DNA from: Octopus sinensis
Taxonomy: Eukaryota
Assembly (NCBI RefSeq): GCF_006345805.1
Contig: NC_043006.1
Span: 93,558,001 to 93,622,000 of the forward strand
Direction: 5' to 3'
Length of the DNA: 64,000 nt
Part shown: positions 38,000 to 50,540 of the stretch, piece after piece
How the letters are laid out: each line of letters starts with the position of its first letter
How positions within the stretch are numbered: the stretch's first letter is position 1
The notes under the pieces: model-generated
Databases searched by the model: none
Told to the model about the DNA's origin: nothing
The model's input: the letters and a program-made list of their open reading frames with translations, nothing else
Translations under genes and position numbers: made by a program

Positions 38000-38800
38000 G
38001 CATATATCCTTAAAAATCCTTAAATATGTTTTAACCCGAATAAAATTAAACAACAAAGCCAAGGCTGTGTGGGATTTTCAGGACATTTATAAAGAGAAAT
38101 TTAGTCTTACAGCTGTTTCTGGGATATTAAGGATATCTCTTCATCAGAGAAGATGTGAGATGGTTAAGTAGAGGGAGATATTAGAGTTCAATATGAGGAG
38201 TTATTTTGGAAAAGGAAGGAAATAAGGAGTATGTAGGAAAATAAGAGAATGGATGTAGAAATTAAAATAAAAATATATTTAGGATGTCATAGTTGCAGTT
38301 CCGTTATCCAAGGAAAGTGGTGTGTAGAAGTGGTGGAAATGATTCTTGTCCATGGTATATAAATTCCAACAGGAGTTCATATTTTGTCATTACAAATGGA
38401 AAGTTTGGAGACGTAGATTTCATGTACTGTTCATTCAAAGGGGTCTTGTGGCATGAATGGAAATTTGAGTATGTAGTGGTAATATGAAGTGGATAGAGAG
38501 GAGAGAAGAATTCCGTTAAAATGAGGAGAGTGGACAAAGGAACATGTTAGAAAAGAATAAAGGAAAGAAAGAGGAAGAGAAAATGAAAACAAGACGATAA
38601 AAAAAGAGTAAAAGAAAGTGAAAAAGAAATGTTAGCTGGTGGTCAAGATATTATGAGGGAGATGGGATATGTGTAGAAAGAGAGAAGAATGTAAATAATG
38701 AATATGTGTGAGGTGGGTTGATATGTTAAGGGATGGGTACAGAAAAAGGCATATGGTTTCTAAAGTGAGTAGTAAACCTTAAAACGGAAGGGAAGAATAC
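38000..38800 (-). mobile_element. Penelope-like element 3' remnant with pLTR
   Basis: Degenerate GIY-YIG C-terminal-like frame (LKFPFMPQ...E...SKL), then a pyrimidine-rich tract and a hammerhead motif. Confidence 0.55.
38108..38147 (-). ncRNA. Minimal type-I hammerhead ribozyme motif (slightly degenerate stem II)
   Basis: CUGAUGA-agagatatccttaatatccca-GAAA-CAGCUG-UA; palindromic stem III; GUA triplet; 3-bp stem I. Confidence 0.6.
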
Positions 38801-39084
38801 TAAGAATGGTCAAGTTTGTATTTATTCTACTGGCTAATGTGAGAGTGCTAATTGAGGAGTCAGAGAGAGAGAAAGAGAAAAGTGTATATCGATATACTTA
38901 CGAGCACATACATGTACATATATGTTTGTGTATCCACTATTATATAGGCCTACATTTAAACCCGTACGCATGCATGCATATATATACACATACACACACA
39001 TACATACATACATACACATACATATGCAAGCATGCATATAGATATATATACACACACATACATTTACATACATACACACACATA

Positions 39085-40140
39085 CACAATTCCGACCCCT
39101 CCTCTCCTTCAAATGAGCCCACAACCTACGAGACCTCTTGGTCCACAGCTTCTTTCCTAACCCAACCTCCCAAACCGACTCGTTCCCCTGCTCCCGGTCT
39201 CGTGACAGTTCCGCTCTACCGGTCACTCTTTGCAACAACTGTCCGTGTTCAAATTGTCTTTGCACAGGGGCCATCCGGACTCCTGTCTGCGCCGTAAACT
39301 GGGATTAATCTTCTCTCTTTGCTCCTTTGCGCCACATGGGCTCAACTCTCCTCCCCTCTTCATCGAACCTCCTCCCCTCACCTCTCTCCCCCTCACATCT
39401 ACTTCCTCCTACCCACCTCTCCTCTCTTGCTCCGACTACTACTTCTCTTCACTCCTACCCACCTTCTCCTCCCCCTTCATCATCACTCCCCTCGTAAGCC
39501 CACCCCACCCTTACATATCCCCCCACAACCCTATCCTTCCCCATCCCTCTCCATACCTTACACCCACTCCTACATACCCCACCTCTACTCCCACCCTCCG
39601 CCTACCAACATACTCCACCTCTACTCCCACCCTCCGCCTACCCAGATACCCCACCTCTACCCCACCCTCAGCCTAACCCACACCCCACCGGGCCTTCCCC
39701 ACACTCGCCTCCCCCACCACCTAACACCATCACACCACACCACACAACACATCACATCATAACATACCACCACACACACCAGCACTGACCACTTCCCAGA
39801 TCCACATTTTCATACATGCACATACGCACACGTCAAGATCACCAGCCCTCTTCCACACGCACATACAAACTCTCTTATACACACGCACACGCACCTTCGT
39901 TTTGGGGTCACCACTAATTTATTATCACCCCTTCTCCCTAGCTCTCCTGTATGACCCTTCTGTCCGGCATTCGCCATGACAGATCGCTAACCACTACACC
40001 TTTTTTATTTTCTCTCCTTGTTTCTTTGTGTGTTCCTTTCAGTGGAAGAGCGTAGGCTCGAAACGTTAAAGACTTTTTCACTTCCCGAGCGTTATACTAA
40101 TACATCTGTTTGTTGTCTACACCACCTGTCTTCGTCTTTT
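39085..40140 (+). mobile_element. Penelope-like element 3' remnant (GIY-YIG tail, C-rich spacer, pLTR)
   Basis: PLLSFK*AHNLRDLLVHS; LPVS*QFRSTGHSLQQL; RRKLGLIFSLCSFAPHGLN; degenerate hammerhead CAGTGGA-A-GAGC-GTAG-GCTC-GAAA-CGTT at 40040-40067. Confidence 0.75.
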
Positions 40141-40153
40141 ATTGTTATTATGA

Positions 40154-40220
<67 letters not shown>

Positions 40221-40226
<6 letters not shown>

Positions 40227-40924
40227 ACAATTGAGGGTAAAATTAATTAGTTATTAATCAATTTCACCAAGTATTCAGTATGTAAAAGGACCATTTAAGG
40301 CGAATTCAAAATATTACATTATATAATTAGGGCTTAGTAAAATAAATTACTTTGCCACATACTGAACTTACTAGAAATAGCAGCCAAAAAAAAGCTTTTT
40401 AGCCATTTCTACTACTTAAAGAAAATTTCTCTCAGATAATGATTACTCAAAATAACTCACGAAGGTATGGAGGTAAAAACAGAAAAAATATCACAAGTAC
40501 AAAGATCATTTGAGAACGTTAACGTTTCTAGATTAGCCAAATAAACTCAGCATTTCTTTCGTCAGCTCAACATTTCTTAATTTGGATTTGGAAACACTGA
40601 AAAGAAAGAACATACCCTTCGGCGACTTATCACCTCAGTTGAACCCGTTCAGACTGCCAGTGCTAACAAATTCAAAATGCGCAAGCGAAGATTCCTGCTC
40701 TCCCCTTCCACCCACGTGGGTTATCTAGCAAACATTATATTTTAACGGTGAGAACCGAGGCAATATGACAGAGAGAAATGAATTATAATATCAACAATTG
40801 AGGGTAAAATTAATTAGTTATTAATCAATTTCACCAAGTATTCAGTATGTAAAAGGACCATTTAAGGCGAATTCAAAATATTACATTATATAATTAGGGC
40901 TTAGTAAAATAAATTACTTTGCCA
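40221..40924. repeat. 700-bp module bounded by identical 137-bp direct repeats (40221-40357 and 40788-40924)
   Basis: Direct comparison; related sequence in a compact inverted arrangement at 61866-61990; probably a Penelope-type pLTR (inference). Confidence 0.8.
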
Positions 40925-40936
40925 TACATACATACA

Positions 40937-40970
<34 letters not shown>

Positions 40971-41609
40971 CATACATACATATACATTCGCACACGAATT
41001 CACGCATGCGTATACCCTGTTGTTTAAGAGAGGTGAGTCACATACTGGCTGAGTTATGACTGTATTCCAGGTGGTGGTGGTAGTATTAGTTGTAGCAGTA
41101 CTAGTAGCAGAACACTAGCAACAACAGCGATAGTGAGTCAATTCGGGTGTCAGTATGCGGTTGCCCTTTCTGCTAGACACAGCAGCTATATCTGTTTACA
41201 TAACTTTACACCATTTTGTAAAGAACGATTAGGACCGAATAGTCCCTTGTATATCTACAACAACAACAACAACGACAATAAGAAAACAAACACTATGACA
41301 ACAACAACAACATCAGAACACCAACAGCAGCAGCAGCAGCAGTTCAAGAATTTGGACCTGGAGATCTCCATTTCTAGCCACTTCAAGGGCCACCTCCCAG
41401 TGGTGTCGGGCGTCAACGAAGATTCCTCGACTACAAAAAGACGACCAAAGATTTGTTTTTCCAAAGTCTGGGATCTCCAGCTCCTAAGCCCGAGACCATC
41501 ACCTAATCACCCTTACCTGTTTTGTTGCTTAATAACAATAACACCAACACCAACAGCAGCAGCAGCAACACCGACAATTTCTATTATAAAAGGTAAAATA
41601 CAAGCAAAC

Positions 41610-41632
41610 CGTGTGTTTTCTGCGACATCCAT
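41610..41632 (-). CDS. Candidate first coding exon of transporter copy 1 (MDVAENTR)
   Basis: ATG GAT GTC GCA GAA AAC ACA CG|gtttgc; phase 2 fits the 34427 acceptor, giving a 1632-nt CDS (543 aa). No transcript evidence. Confidence 0.4.
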
Positions 41633-41886
41633 TCTTCAATTCTTCAATTCTTCAATTCTCGTAATCTTCCAGTTCTGTTGATGTTTGTCGTTACTTCAAC
41701 CGCAAATATCTCCGATTTGAAATTTCTTTCAATACTTCAATAAGACTAAACGTGACAGCAATATCTATAAAAACATTCGTGCTTGAGTATATCTGTGTGT
41801 GTGTGTACGTGTGTGTCTGTGAATATATCTATGTATATCAGCATAAATGTACGCATGCATCTATACACATGCACAAATATATTATA

Positions 41887-41962
<76 letters not shown>

Positions 41963-42397
41963 CATACATACATATGTATAAGCATATATATATATATATA
42001 TATATACATATATGTGTGTGTTTGTGTGTGTTTGCGTGCGTGCGTTTGTGTTTGTTTACACAAACACCTAATTATGTTCCTACCCAAGAAATTGATAACA
42101 CAATATCAGTAGAACCTGTTGATTTAAATTAGGTAATATTACGCCATTTTTTATACATAAATAATGCATCTGAAACTAACTGCGTAATATCCTTATTTGA
42201 AGCTGTTCAGTTAGGCAAATACCTTCACCCTCTCAGTGTATTTATAATATGCACGAACACACAGCTTTGGATTGGGTTGTATTTAGCTTTCAAGATACCT
42301 GATACGTTTCTGAGAGAGAGAGACAGACAAAAACATATACATATGTTCGTATATGCTTGTTAGGTTAAGAAGTTGGGTATTTGTAATATATGCTCGT

Positions 42398-42497
42398 GGG
42401 CATATGGCGTGGTGGTTAAGAGCGCGGGCTACTAACACCAAGATTCCGAGTTCGATTCCAAGTAGTGACCTGAATAATAATATAATAATAATAATAA
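42398..42497 (+). mobile_element. tRNA(Ser)-like head followed by (AAT)n
   Basis: TGGCGTGGTGGTTAAGAGC (A box), GAGTTCGATTCC (B box), GTGACCTG(AAT)n. Confidence 0.75.
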
Positions 42498-45400
42498 ACG
42501 AATTTAATCCAACAACATCGTTACAATGGAAGAAAGGTTCCACAAAATATCTTTTCCAAATTTTCTTTTAAGGCAAAGTAACTAAAAAGTCCGAACTATT
42601 ATTGCCATATATAGTATGGTTTTCTTTCTTTTATGCATAATATTTCCATGTGACATGCATAAGAAATAGAAGCGAACATCAGAGCTCTTGAAAGACAGTA
42701 AGTACATAAATTGATTAATTAATTAATTAATTAAATAAGTATACATGCAACTGTTTGTGCATACACGTACACATTTTAATTATAAAGTATACATGCAACT
42801 GTTTGTGCATACACGTACACATTTTAATTATAAAGTGTACATGCAACTGTTTGTGCATACACGTACACATTTTAATTATAAAGTATACATGCAACTGTTT
42901 GTGCATACACGTACACATTTTAATTATAAAGCATAAATAATGCATACACGCGCTCACACGTGCACACAGAAAGAAAAACCACGTTACGCGGACGAAAACA
43001 AAACAAAAACAAAGCGATTTTTCACGAACAAACGCAAAAAAGAGAAAATTGGTCACTGAATTTAGAAAGTCACTACACAGTTATGCCCGGAAACATGACT
43101 ACCAAAAGAAATAGAGGCGAATTTCGATCTGTAAGTCTTATGCGAGTTCGATATGAACAATATATTAATTCGGAGAATTCAGAAGCGGTGTTTTGTCAAA
43201 AAATTGACCCTGTCACCGTCACAGAAGCGGCGTCTTGTCAAAAAGTTGACTCTGAAAAAATGGACCCCTCTGATGTCGCCGTCAATCATTTAATGAAAAC
43301 AAGCCAAAAATCATGCCGGATCGGTCATCGCCCGGGACAACAAGGACCGCGTTACCCAGTAGGGAACCAGACTGGGGTCGAAAAGTTTGCTGCTGGAACA
43401 AACTCTCAAAAATACGATCTACCAGGTGACCAGAACCAGAATACTTCTAACTCTGGACTTGTAGTGACACCACCAAAAACACCACCTAAAGCAAAACGTA
43501 TAAAATGGACCAGAGAGGACTATAGAGATGTGTTGAAAGCTTTTTATACAGCCCAACTAAACCCAAATAATAACCTCAGTGTACAAACATACATCTCATG
43601 GAGAAATTCAGTAGGCAATGACGTACGTAGATATATAGACGCAAATAAATTAAGTAATGTACGCAGAGATATAATTAAAAACAAAAGACTAACTGACGCT
43701 GAAATTGACAAAATTAGGACACTAATAGCTCATGGTAGACCAAAAGAAAACAGCAACAATGTAGACGAAATAGGTAACAGTAGCACAGAAGCCAGTGTAC
43801 AAGCGGCAAATCAACTTCCCAATGGGGAAGTTAAACAAAGAATAGCGAAGACGAGAGATTTGAAAAAAGAGGAGAACGTAGACCTTCCTCAAGAAAACCA
43901 AAATAGATATGACATAGAATTTGAGGTGAATAATAGAGAAAAGATTATGGAAGCAAAAGTGGACATTATGAGAGAACTCGGCAAGATTGAGCTCACTGAC
44001 ATGGTTAATAGAGAACCACTACCAAAGTTTTCAAATGGCACAAGAAATAACAACACAATCATGACATATAACGTTGCCCTAGGACAGATCTTAAGAAATA
44101 AGGGGAATGATTTGACAACCTTAAATAATCTCATTTATTCCACTGCTAAAGTAGTAACTACCCAACTAGGTATTAAGATGACAAAGAAAAAGGCCAGGCA
44201 TGTCAATGAACCTCCTAAATGGAAAGTAGCGATACAAAAAGAGATTGAATCTCTGCGGGCGGATGTTTCAGTTCTCGATGAGCTTGCTAGAGGAGTGAAT
44301 ATTAAGCCGAGAAAAGCTAGAAAAATCAAGCAAAAATATAAAATCAAAGATCTCATAAACCTCCCTGCAACTAAGGAACTGTTGAAACAACGGATACAGT
44401 TGAAAGCTCAACAGCTTAGAAGGTATGACAAAAGAAACAAATTTTATCGACAGAATAAATTTTTTAAGACAGATGCAAAGAAATTTTATAGGGAAATTGG
44501 CAAAAATAAAATACATATAGAAGATCCACCTAAGATTGAGGAAGTGGAGGAGTTCTGGAAGAAGGTATGGAGCAACGAAAAAGAGTTTAATGCTGAGGCT
44601 GACTGGATAGAATGTGAGAAAGAGAGACTGGATGAACTTGAAGAACAGAAATGGGAAGCAATAAGAATAGAGGAGCTAAGGTGTGTCCTTAGGAAGGCTC
44701 ATAAATGGAAAACCCCAGGACTGGATCGGATCCCTAACTTCTGGCTGAATTGTTTGACAGAGGTACACGAACATCTCGCTGCATCTCTGTCTGATGTCAT
44801 TCAGAACCCAGAGCAAATACCTGCTTGGCTGACTGAAGGAACCACCTACCTATTACCTAAAACCGAAGACACAAAAAACCCAAAGAATTACCGGCCAATA
44901 ACATGTCTCAACACCACCTACAAAATCCTCACATCCATAATAACGGAGAGAATGTACGCTTTCCTTGAACAAAATTCTATCCTTCCACAAGCTCAAAAAG
45001 GTTGTAAAAGAAACTCTTATGGGTGCAAAGACCAATTGCTCATAAACAGAATGATTGTAGAGAATTGCCGGAGCAAAAACAAAAACCTGAGTATGGCATG
45101 GATAGACTACAGGAAAGCGTATGACAGTGTCCCACATAAATGGATACTCAAGGCCCTTGAGATATACAAGATCTCCCCTGTCGTCTCAAAATTCTTAGAG
45201 AATAGCATGACCATGTGGAACACACGTCTCTTTCTAAGCCATAGTAATGGGATGAGCCAGTCCGCATCTTTCAAGGTGACTCCCTCTCTCCATTACTTTT
45301 TTGCATGGCACTGATCCCACTCTCAAACGAATTGGATAGTGCCAGATATGGGTACAAAGTTTTTAGCAAGTTAATAAACCACCTTTTTTATATGGACGAT

Positions 45401-47090
45401 CTAAAGCTGTTTGCCAAGAATGACCAAGAGCTAGAAGGGCTGCTAACAACTGTTAAAGAGTTTAGCAATGATATCGGAATGGATTTTGGCCTTGATAAGT
45501 GTGCTAAAGCAACTTTTGTAAGAGGCAAGCTCAGGCAAACAGCTTCTGTTAAATTAGATATTGACACTACCATCAAGGAACTTGACCCACAAGAAAGCTA
45601 CAAATACCTAGGAATCAACGAAGGAGATGGTATACATCATGCTACTATGAAGGAAAAAATAAGAAAGGAGTACTATAGGAGAATAAGGCTTGTACTGAAG
45701 ACTGAACTCAACTCCAAAAATTGCATTGAGGCCATTAACACCCTGGCACTTCCAGTAGTCCAGTACAGTTTTAACATCATTAACTGGAACCTTACGGAAC
45801 TCCAACGCTTGGACAGGAAGACAAGAAAGTTACTGACATCCAGGAGCATGCACCACCCTAAGGCAGATGTAGACCGCTTGTACCTACCTAGAAGCAGCGG
45901 GGGGAGAGGAATGATGCAATTGGAGCTGTGCTATAAGACCTCTACTGTAGGAATGAACAGGTACCTATCTAGTACAAAAGACTGGATGCTGCGACTTGTG
46001 TGTGAACACGAAAGCAGCAAAAAGCTGCATTCTATTGTCAAGGAAGCTTATAAGTTCGAAAGGGAACTAGGCATTAACCTTGAATCAGGTGAAGAGCCAG
46101 AAACCACTGCTACCAAGCAAGCAAAGCGAATCAGGCAGACTGCAAAAAAGAATGGGCAGAATCAAATTGAGAGGCGGTGGAGCCAGAAGCCCCTGCATGG
46201 ACAATACATTCTCCGAAGCCAAAATGCTGATGTAGACCAAGCAACAACCCATCAGTGGCTGAAGAGTTCTGGATTGAAAGCAGAGACTGAAGGCTTCATA
46301 ATGGCAGCACAAGATCAAAGCTTGTTTACCAGAAATTACCAGGCTAACGTTCTCCGAAACGGTACTGACCCTAAATGCAGATTCTGTGACACATTTGACG
46401 AAACAATAGACCATCTCGTTTCGGGATGTCCTGTGCTGACACCAACGAATACAAAAATCGCCACGATAGGGTAGGACAGTATATACATTGGAAGATATGT
46501 AAACACTACAAATCCGACACTCCTGCTAACTGGTATGAACACCATCCTCAGCCAGTTGTTGAAGGTAAAGATGTCACCATCCTCTGGGATTTTCCAGTCA
46601 ACACTGACAGAACGATCAAGGCTAATCGACCAGACATAATTGTTAAAGACAGGAAGAAAATACCTGCAGACTAATAGAAGTAAGCGTCCCCACTGATAAA
46701 AATGTATCTGTCAAGGAATTTGACAAACTTAGTAAATATAAGGACCTGGAAATCGAAATACAGAGGATGTGGAATCTTAAAACAAAAACTGTTCCTGTTA
46801 TTGTAGGTGCCCTAGGTATGATAAAAAAGGGATGTCAGAAACACCTAGACAATATCCCTGGAAAACCATGTCTCAAGGAAATCCAAAAGATTGTGCTAAC
46901 AAGTACTGCCCACATCCTTAGAAAAACCCTATCAATGTAAATGTTTGTGTTTGTATTACATGGAGATATTTCTCTACTTCCCCTCCCCAAGCTTTCAGCT
47001 ATATTTCAACAACTCTTAACCTTCACTTGCCCTAGGGCGCTGGGTGTGCCCCGGCAGGTGATTGCATCAAACATGCAGATTAAAAGTAAA
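42498..47090 (+). mobile_element. Near-full-length R4/Dong-clade RLE non-LTR retrotransposon flanked by (AAT)n
   Basis: ORFs 42960-45314, 45305-46474 and 46426-46674 plus C-terminus to 46939: RT (NYRPITCL, DYRKAYDSV, IFQGDSLSP, YMDDLKL), CCHC (CRFC...HLVSGC), RHD, NRPDII, VPVIVGALG; frameshifts present. Confidence 0.93.
42737..42930. repeat. 48-bp tandem repeat x4 in the R4 5' region
   Basis: AAGTATACATGCAACTGTTTGTGCATACACGTACACATTTTAATTATA at 42737, 42785, 42833 and 42881; one substitution in total. Confidence 0.95.
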
Positions 47091-47104
47091 TGACAATGAT
47101 AGTG

Positions 47105-47183
<79 letters not shown>

Positions 47184-47197
47184 TGATGATGATGATG

Positions 47198-47266
<69 letters not shown>

Positions 47267-47280
47267 GCAACAACAACAAC
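47090..47280. repeat. (AAT)n/(GAT)n/(AAC)n tract at the R4 3' end
   Basis: Direct reading. Confidence 0.95.
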
Positions 47281-48800
47281 ATCGAAGAATACCTTAGGAA
47301 TGAGAACCCAGGTTCGAAATTTTCCCAAGACACCTGAAGAAGGCTGGAGGGTATATCAGCCGAAACGTTGAGTTAACAACAAACAAGATGAGGACACATA
47401 TCCGTCGAATGTAAATAATGTACATAATTCCTCATCGCTTAAATATAGAACTGTATTATCTAATCGGCACGGAGCCGTCATTAGACTTCAATGGAGACAT
47501 ATAGAGAAACTCCATCAAAAACTAACTCGTCTTTCAAACCATCTAACTTTCTTATGTAGATGTAGACACTCAAAGCTAATGCCACCTGGATTGAATATAA
47601 TGACACCCGTCGATTCACATAAAAGCTAAATGTGTAGCGGAAAGGAGCAGGACATGTCCTTGTCCGTGAGAGGATCCATTACAACCGTTGGAAAAACATC
47701 AACTAAATAACGAAATCAAAGAGAGGTTATCTTCATTACTTAGAAAAATAAACGGAGATGATAGAAAGAGAATCCAACAAGATCTAGAAAAGTCGTACAT
47801 GAAAGAATTGGAAATGGTGAAGACATGCCACATTAAGAAGTTTATGAAACTCAAAGGTCAGAGAATGAAGACTGAAGTCCATCACCCACCTGTGAAAGCA
47901 GTAATTAATGTAAGTAGCCGACACCTAGAAAGCTCTGAAGAAGCAGTACTGAACAAAGGTCTCAACTTTGCGACAATCATCAAGCGCATTCCATACTTGG
48001 GCATAATAGCCTCTATTGAAGAGATAGCCGTAAAGATATCAAAAGCTCCAAAGAGCTCTCACACAGCATCAAAGAGGATTCGTAATAGAAGGGATAAAAT
48101 TCAGCGTGGAGAATAGCTTCTTTGTATTTAATGACAACTTCTATCGACAAATTCTTATTTCTTTATTAACGTTTCTTATTTCTTTATACTTTATAAATTC
48201 TGAGACTGTGATGGGCACACGAATGACCCCCCCCCCCTCCTTTGCTAACCTAATCATAGAGTACCTAGAAATCAATCTTTATCGTAAGGTACTAGAAAAA
48301 TACGGAAACCCATTCTACCTGTACATAGAAAATAACTGGAAATTATATCTAGATGACTTTCATTCTTTGGCACGAAAGTATAGAGGGCCTTAAAGAATTC
48401 CAAGCACTTCTAAATGTACTTAATATCAACCTCCATTACTCGACATCCTCATTAAGAAATCGAACAGAAAAATAGAAATAGACATATATTATAAGCCCAC
48501 GGACTCCGAGCAATATCTGCCGTTCAACTCATGTCACCCTAGCCACACTAGAATGAATATCCCTTACAATTTGGCAAAAAGGATTTGTACTATGATATCT
48601 GATACAAGCACCAGGGTCACACACAACTACATGAGCTAAAGGATACACTCATCAGTAGCAACTACCTACCATCACTAATTGATATAGGCTTTCAAACCTG
48701 CCCTACAATTCAACATCCACGAACTCAGACACCCCAAAGTAAAGAAAGATTTACAACCGAAATCCCTATCATACATATCCAGGCACAGTCCCTAAACAAT
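47278..48800 (+). mobile_element. Degenerate Penelope-like element (pLTR plus RT)
   Basis: VLNKGLNFA; GTVMGTRM.P.SFANL; WKLYLDDF; DIYYKPTDSEQYLPFNSCHP...NIPYNLAKRIC. Confidence 0.85.
47327..47375 (+). ncRNA. Minimal type-I hammerhead ribozyme motif in the Penelope pLTR
   Basis: GACAC-CUGAAGA-A-GGCUG(10 nt)CAGCC-GAAA-CG-UU-GAGUU; intact core; ACGU palindromic stem III; stem I has one mismatch. Confidence 0.75.
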
Positions 48801-49189
48801 TCCAACCACTACTGCTACGACCGTTGCAGGTCACTTTTAGGTCATTTGACAAAGATCCCACCAACACTTTACTGTCACATAACTCCTGGCTTTTCCTTCT
48901 CTTTCTCCTTCTTCCTCTTCTTTCCATACTCCTATTTCTCTTCTTTCTTTATCTTCTTCTTCGCTTTCTTCTTTTCCTCTTCCTCCTCCGCCTCCCTCTT
49001 CTCCTCCCCTCCTTGTTTTTGTTGTTATTCTTCTTCTTCTCCCTCGTCTGCTTCTGCTTAAACTATCAACTCATAAAACGATTTCTTCAAATTTGCTGCT
49101 ACCTACCTACCAAACATTCACAAAGAAAGAGAGAGAAAGAGAGAGAGAGAGAGAGACAGACAGAGACAAAGACATAGACAGAGTATGGT

Positions 49190-49435
49190 CACCGTGGAGT
49201 TTGCATATTAAGACGCGTTTGGAAATTTTTAATAAAAAAATTCTCCTTGTTGAATCTCTCTTGTGTAGAGATTCTGTCTTTACATTGGTAGAAAGGGAAT
49301 ATGTGGAAATTGGGATTTTTATCTCTAGCGCAAGAGTCTATGTGGCTACTGAGTGGAATTTGACGGTATTTATCTGTTCTTTATGGACTGCTACTATTCT
49401 TCGTAAAGGAAGGCCTCACCAAGGAAATGACTAGT
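49190..49435 (-). mobile_element. Penelope-like GIY-YIG C-terminal fragment
   Basis: YRQIPLSSHIDSCARDKNPNFHIFPFYQC...KENFFIKNFQTRLN. Confidence 0.7.
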
Positions 49436-50078
49436 GACCGAGATTTTAGAAATATGCTGTGCGTGAGAAGACCCGGCAAGCCAAATGAGGCCATAATCAT
49501 TTGGCCTATGCCAGGGGCGTAACCAGCCCACTTATGCGTACCATTTCCTTCTTAGGACACTAAAACTCTGCTTGCAAAGACCTGTTGAGGCAAGTGAAAT
49601 CAAATCAAATCAAAACTGGCGTCCGTGCTAGCGGAGTGCAAAGAGCACCATACACGTGATCGTTGACAGAGCGGCTGACCGACATCCGTGCCAGTAGCAC
49701 ATAAAAGGCACCATTCAAGTGTGATCGTTACCAGCGTCGCCTAACTGGCACTTGAGCCCCGTACTAGTAGGGTGTTAAGAACACCATCCGAGCGTGATCG
49801 TTGCCAGAACGGCTATCTGGCCTCAGTGCCGGTGGCACGTAAAAGACACCATTCGAGCGTGATCGTTACCAGCATCGCCTTACTGGCATCTGTGCCGGTG
49901 GCATATGTAAAAGATTCGAGCGAGGTTGTTGCCAGTACCGTCTGACTGGCACGTAAAAGCACCCACTACACTCTCAGAGTGGTTGGCGTTAGGAAGGGCA
50001 TCCAGCTGTAGAAACTCTGCCAGATCAAGATTGAAGCCATCTGGTTCGCCAGCCCTCAGTCAAATCGTCCAACCCATG
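49436..50078 (+). mobile_element. Non-coding RTE-related interspersed repeat with five internal 63-73-bp tandem units
   Basis: GTGATCGTT(A/G)CCAG recurs at about 49656, 49721, 49794, 49859 and 49922; contains GGCGTTAGGAAGGGCATCCAGC (RTE-like motif, recalled). Confidence 0.65.
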
Positions 50079-50396
50079 CTACCCGTCTAATAAAGGTAGT
50101 TTAAGGATGATGAACAAAATACCCATACTTCCAGAGGTGAACTATTCAAACCCCAAAGAATCCCTCTAGATGCATGGCTATGATGCTCCCCCACTACTTC
50201 TGCACGTGATCAGAGATGCACATATCGTCAGCCACTAAGAGACATGCTCAACTGGTTAAGGTCAAAGAACTGACAAGCCAATCTGTGGTATTGAGCAGAA
50301 TATTTACTGTAACCCATCTATTATACCAAGACAAAACAATGTACATGATAACACCTCCAATCAGTTAAGATCAATAATACTTCCAATCAGTTAAGA

Positions 50397-50398
<2 letters not shown>
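50079..50398 (-). mobile_element. Dispersed, internally deleted copy of the array unit
   Basis: CTACCCGTCTAATAAAGGTA joined to GTTTAAGGATG...CCAATCAGTTAAGAT, then (ATT)n. Confidence 0.9.
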
Positions 50399-50453
<55 letters not shown>

Positions 50454-50455
50454 CA

Positions 50456-50523
<68 letters not shown>

Positions 50524-50540
50524 TTCATTATTATTATTAC

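Noticed and set aside
39370-39900. Pro/Thr/His-rich ORFs and 36-bp x3 repeat
   Set aside because: A C-rich low-complexity spacer within a Penelope remnant; G-quadruplex potential only.
41133-41681. 182-aa plus-strand polyQ ORF
   Set aside because: Built largely from (CAA)/(CAG) repeats, no recognisable domain, and antisense to the probable transporter first exon.
42398-42470. Functional tRNA genes (also 1303-1375)
   Set aside because: A/B boxes are present, but the acceptor and anticodon stems do not close and SINE bodies or tails follow.
42960-46939. Intact autonomous R4 ORF
   Set aside because: At least three frame breaks and an apparent deletion before IFQGDSLSP as assembled; cannot be called active without polishing.
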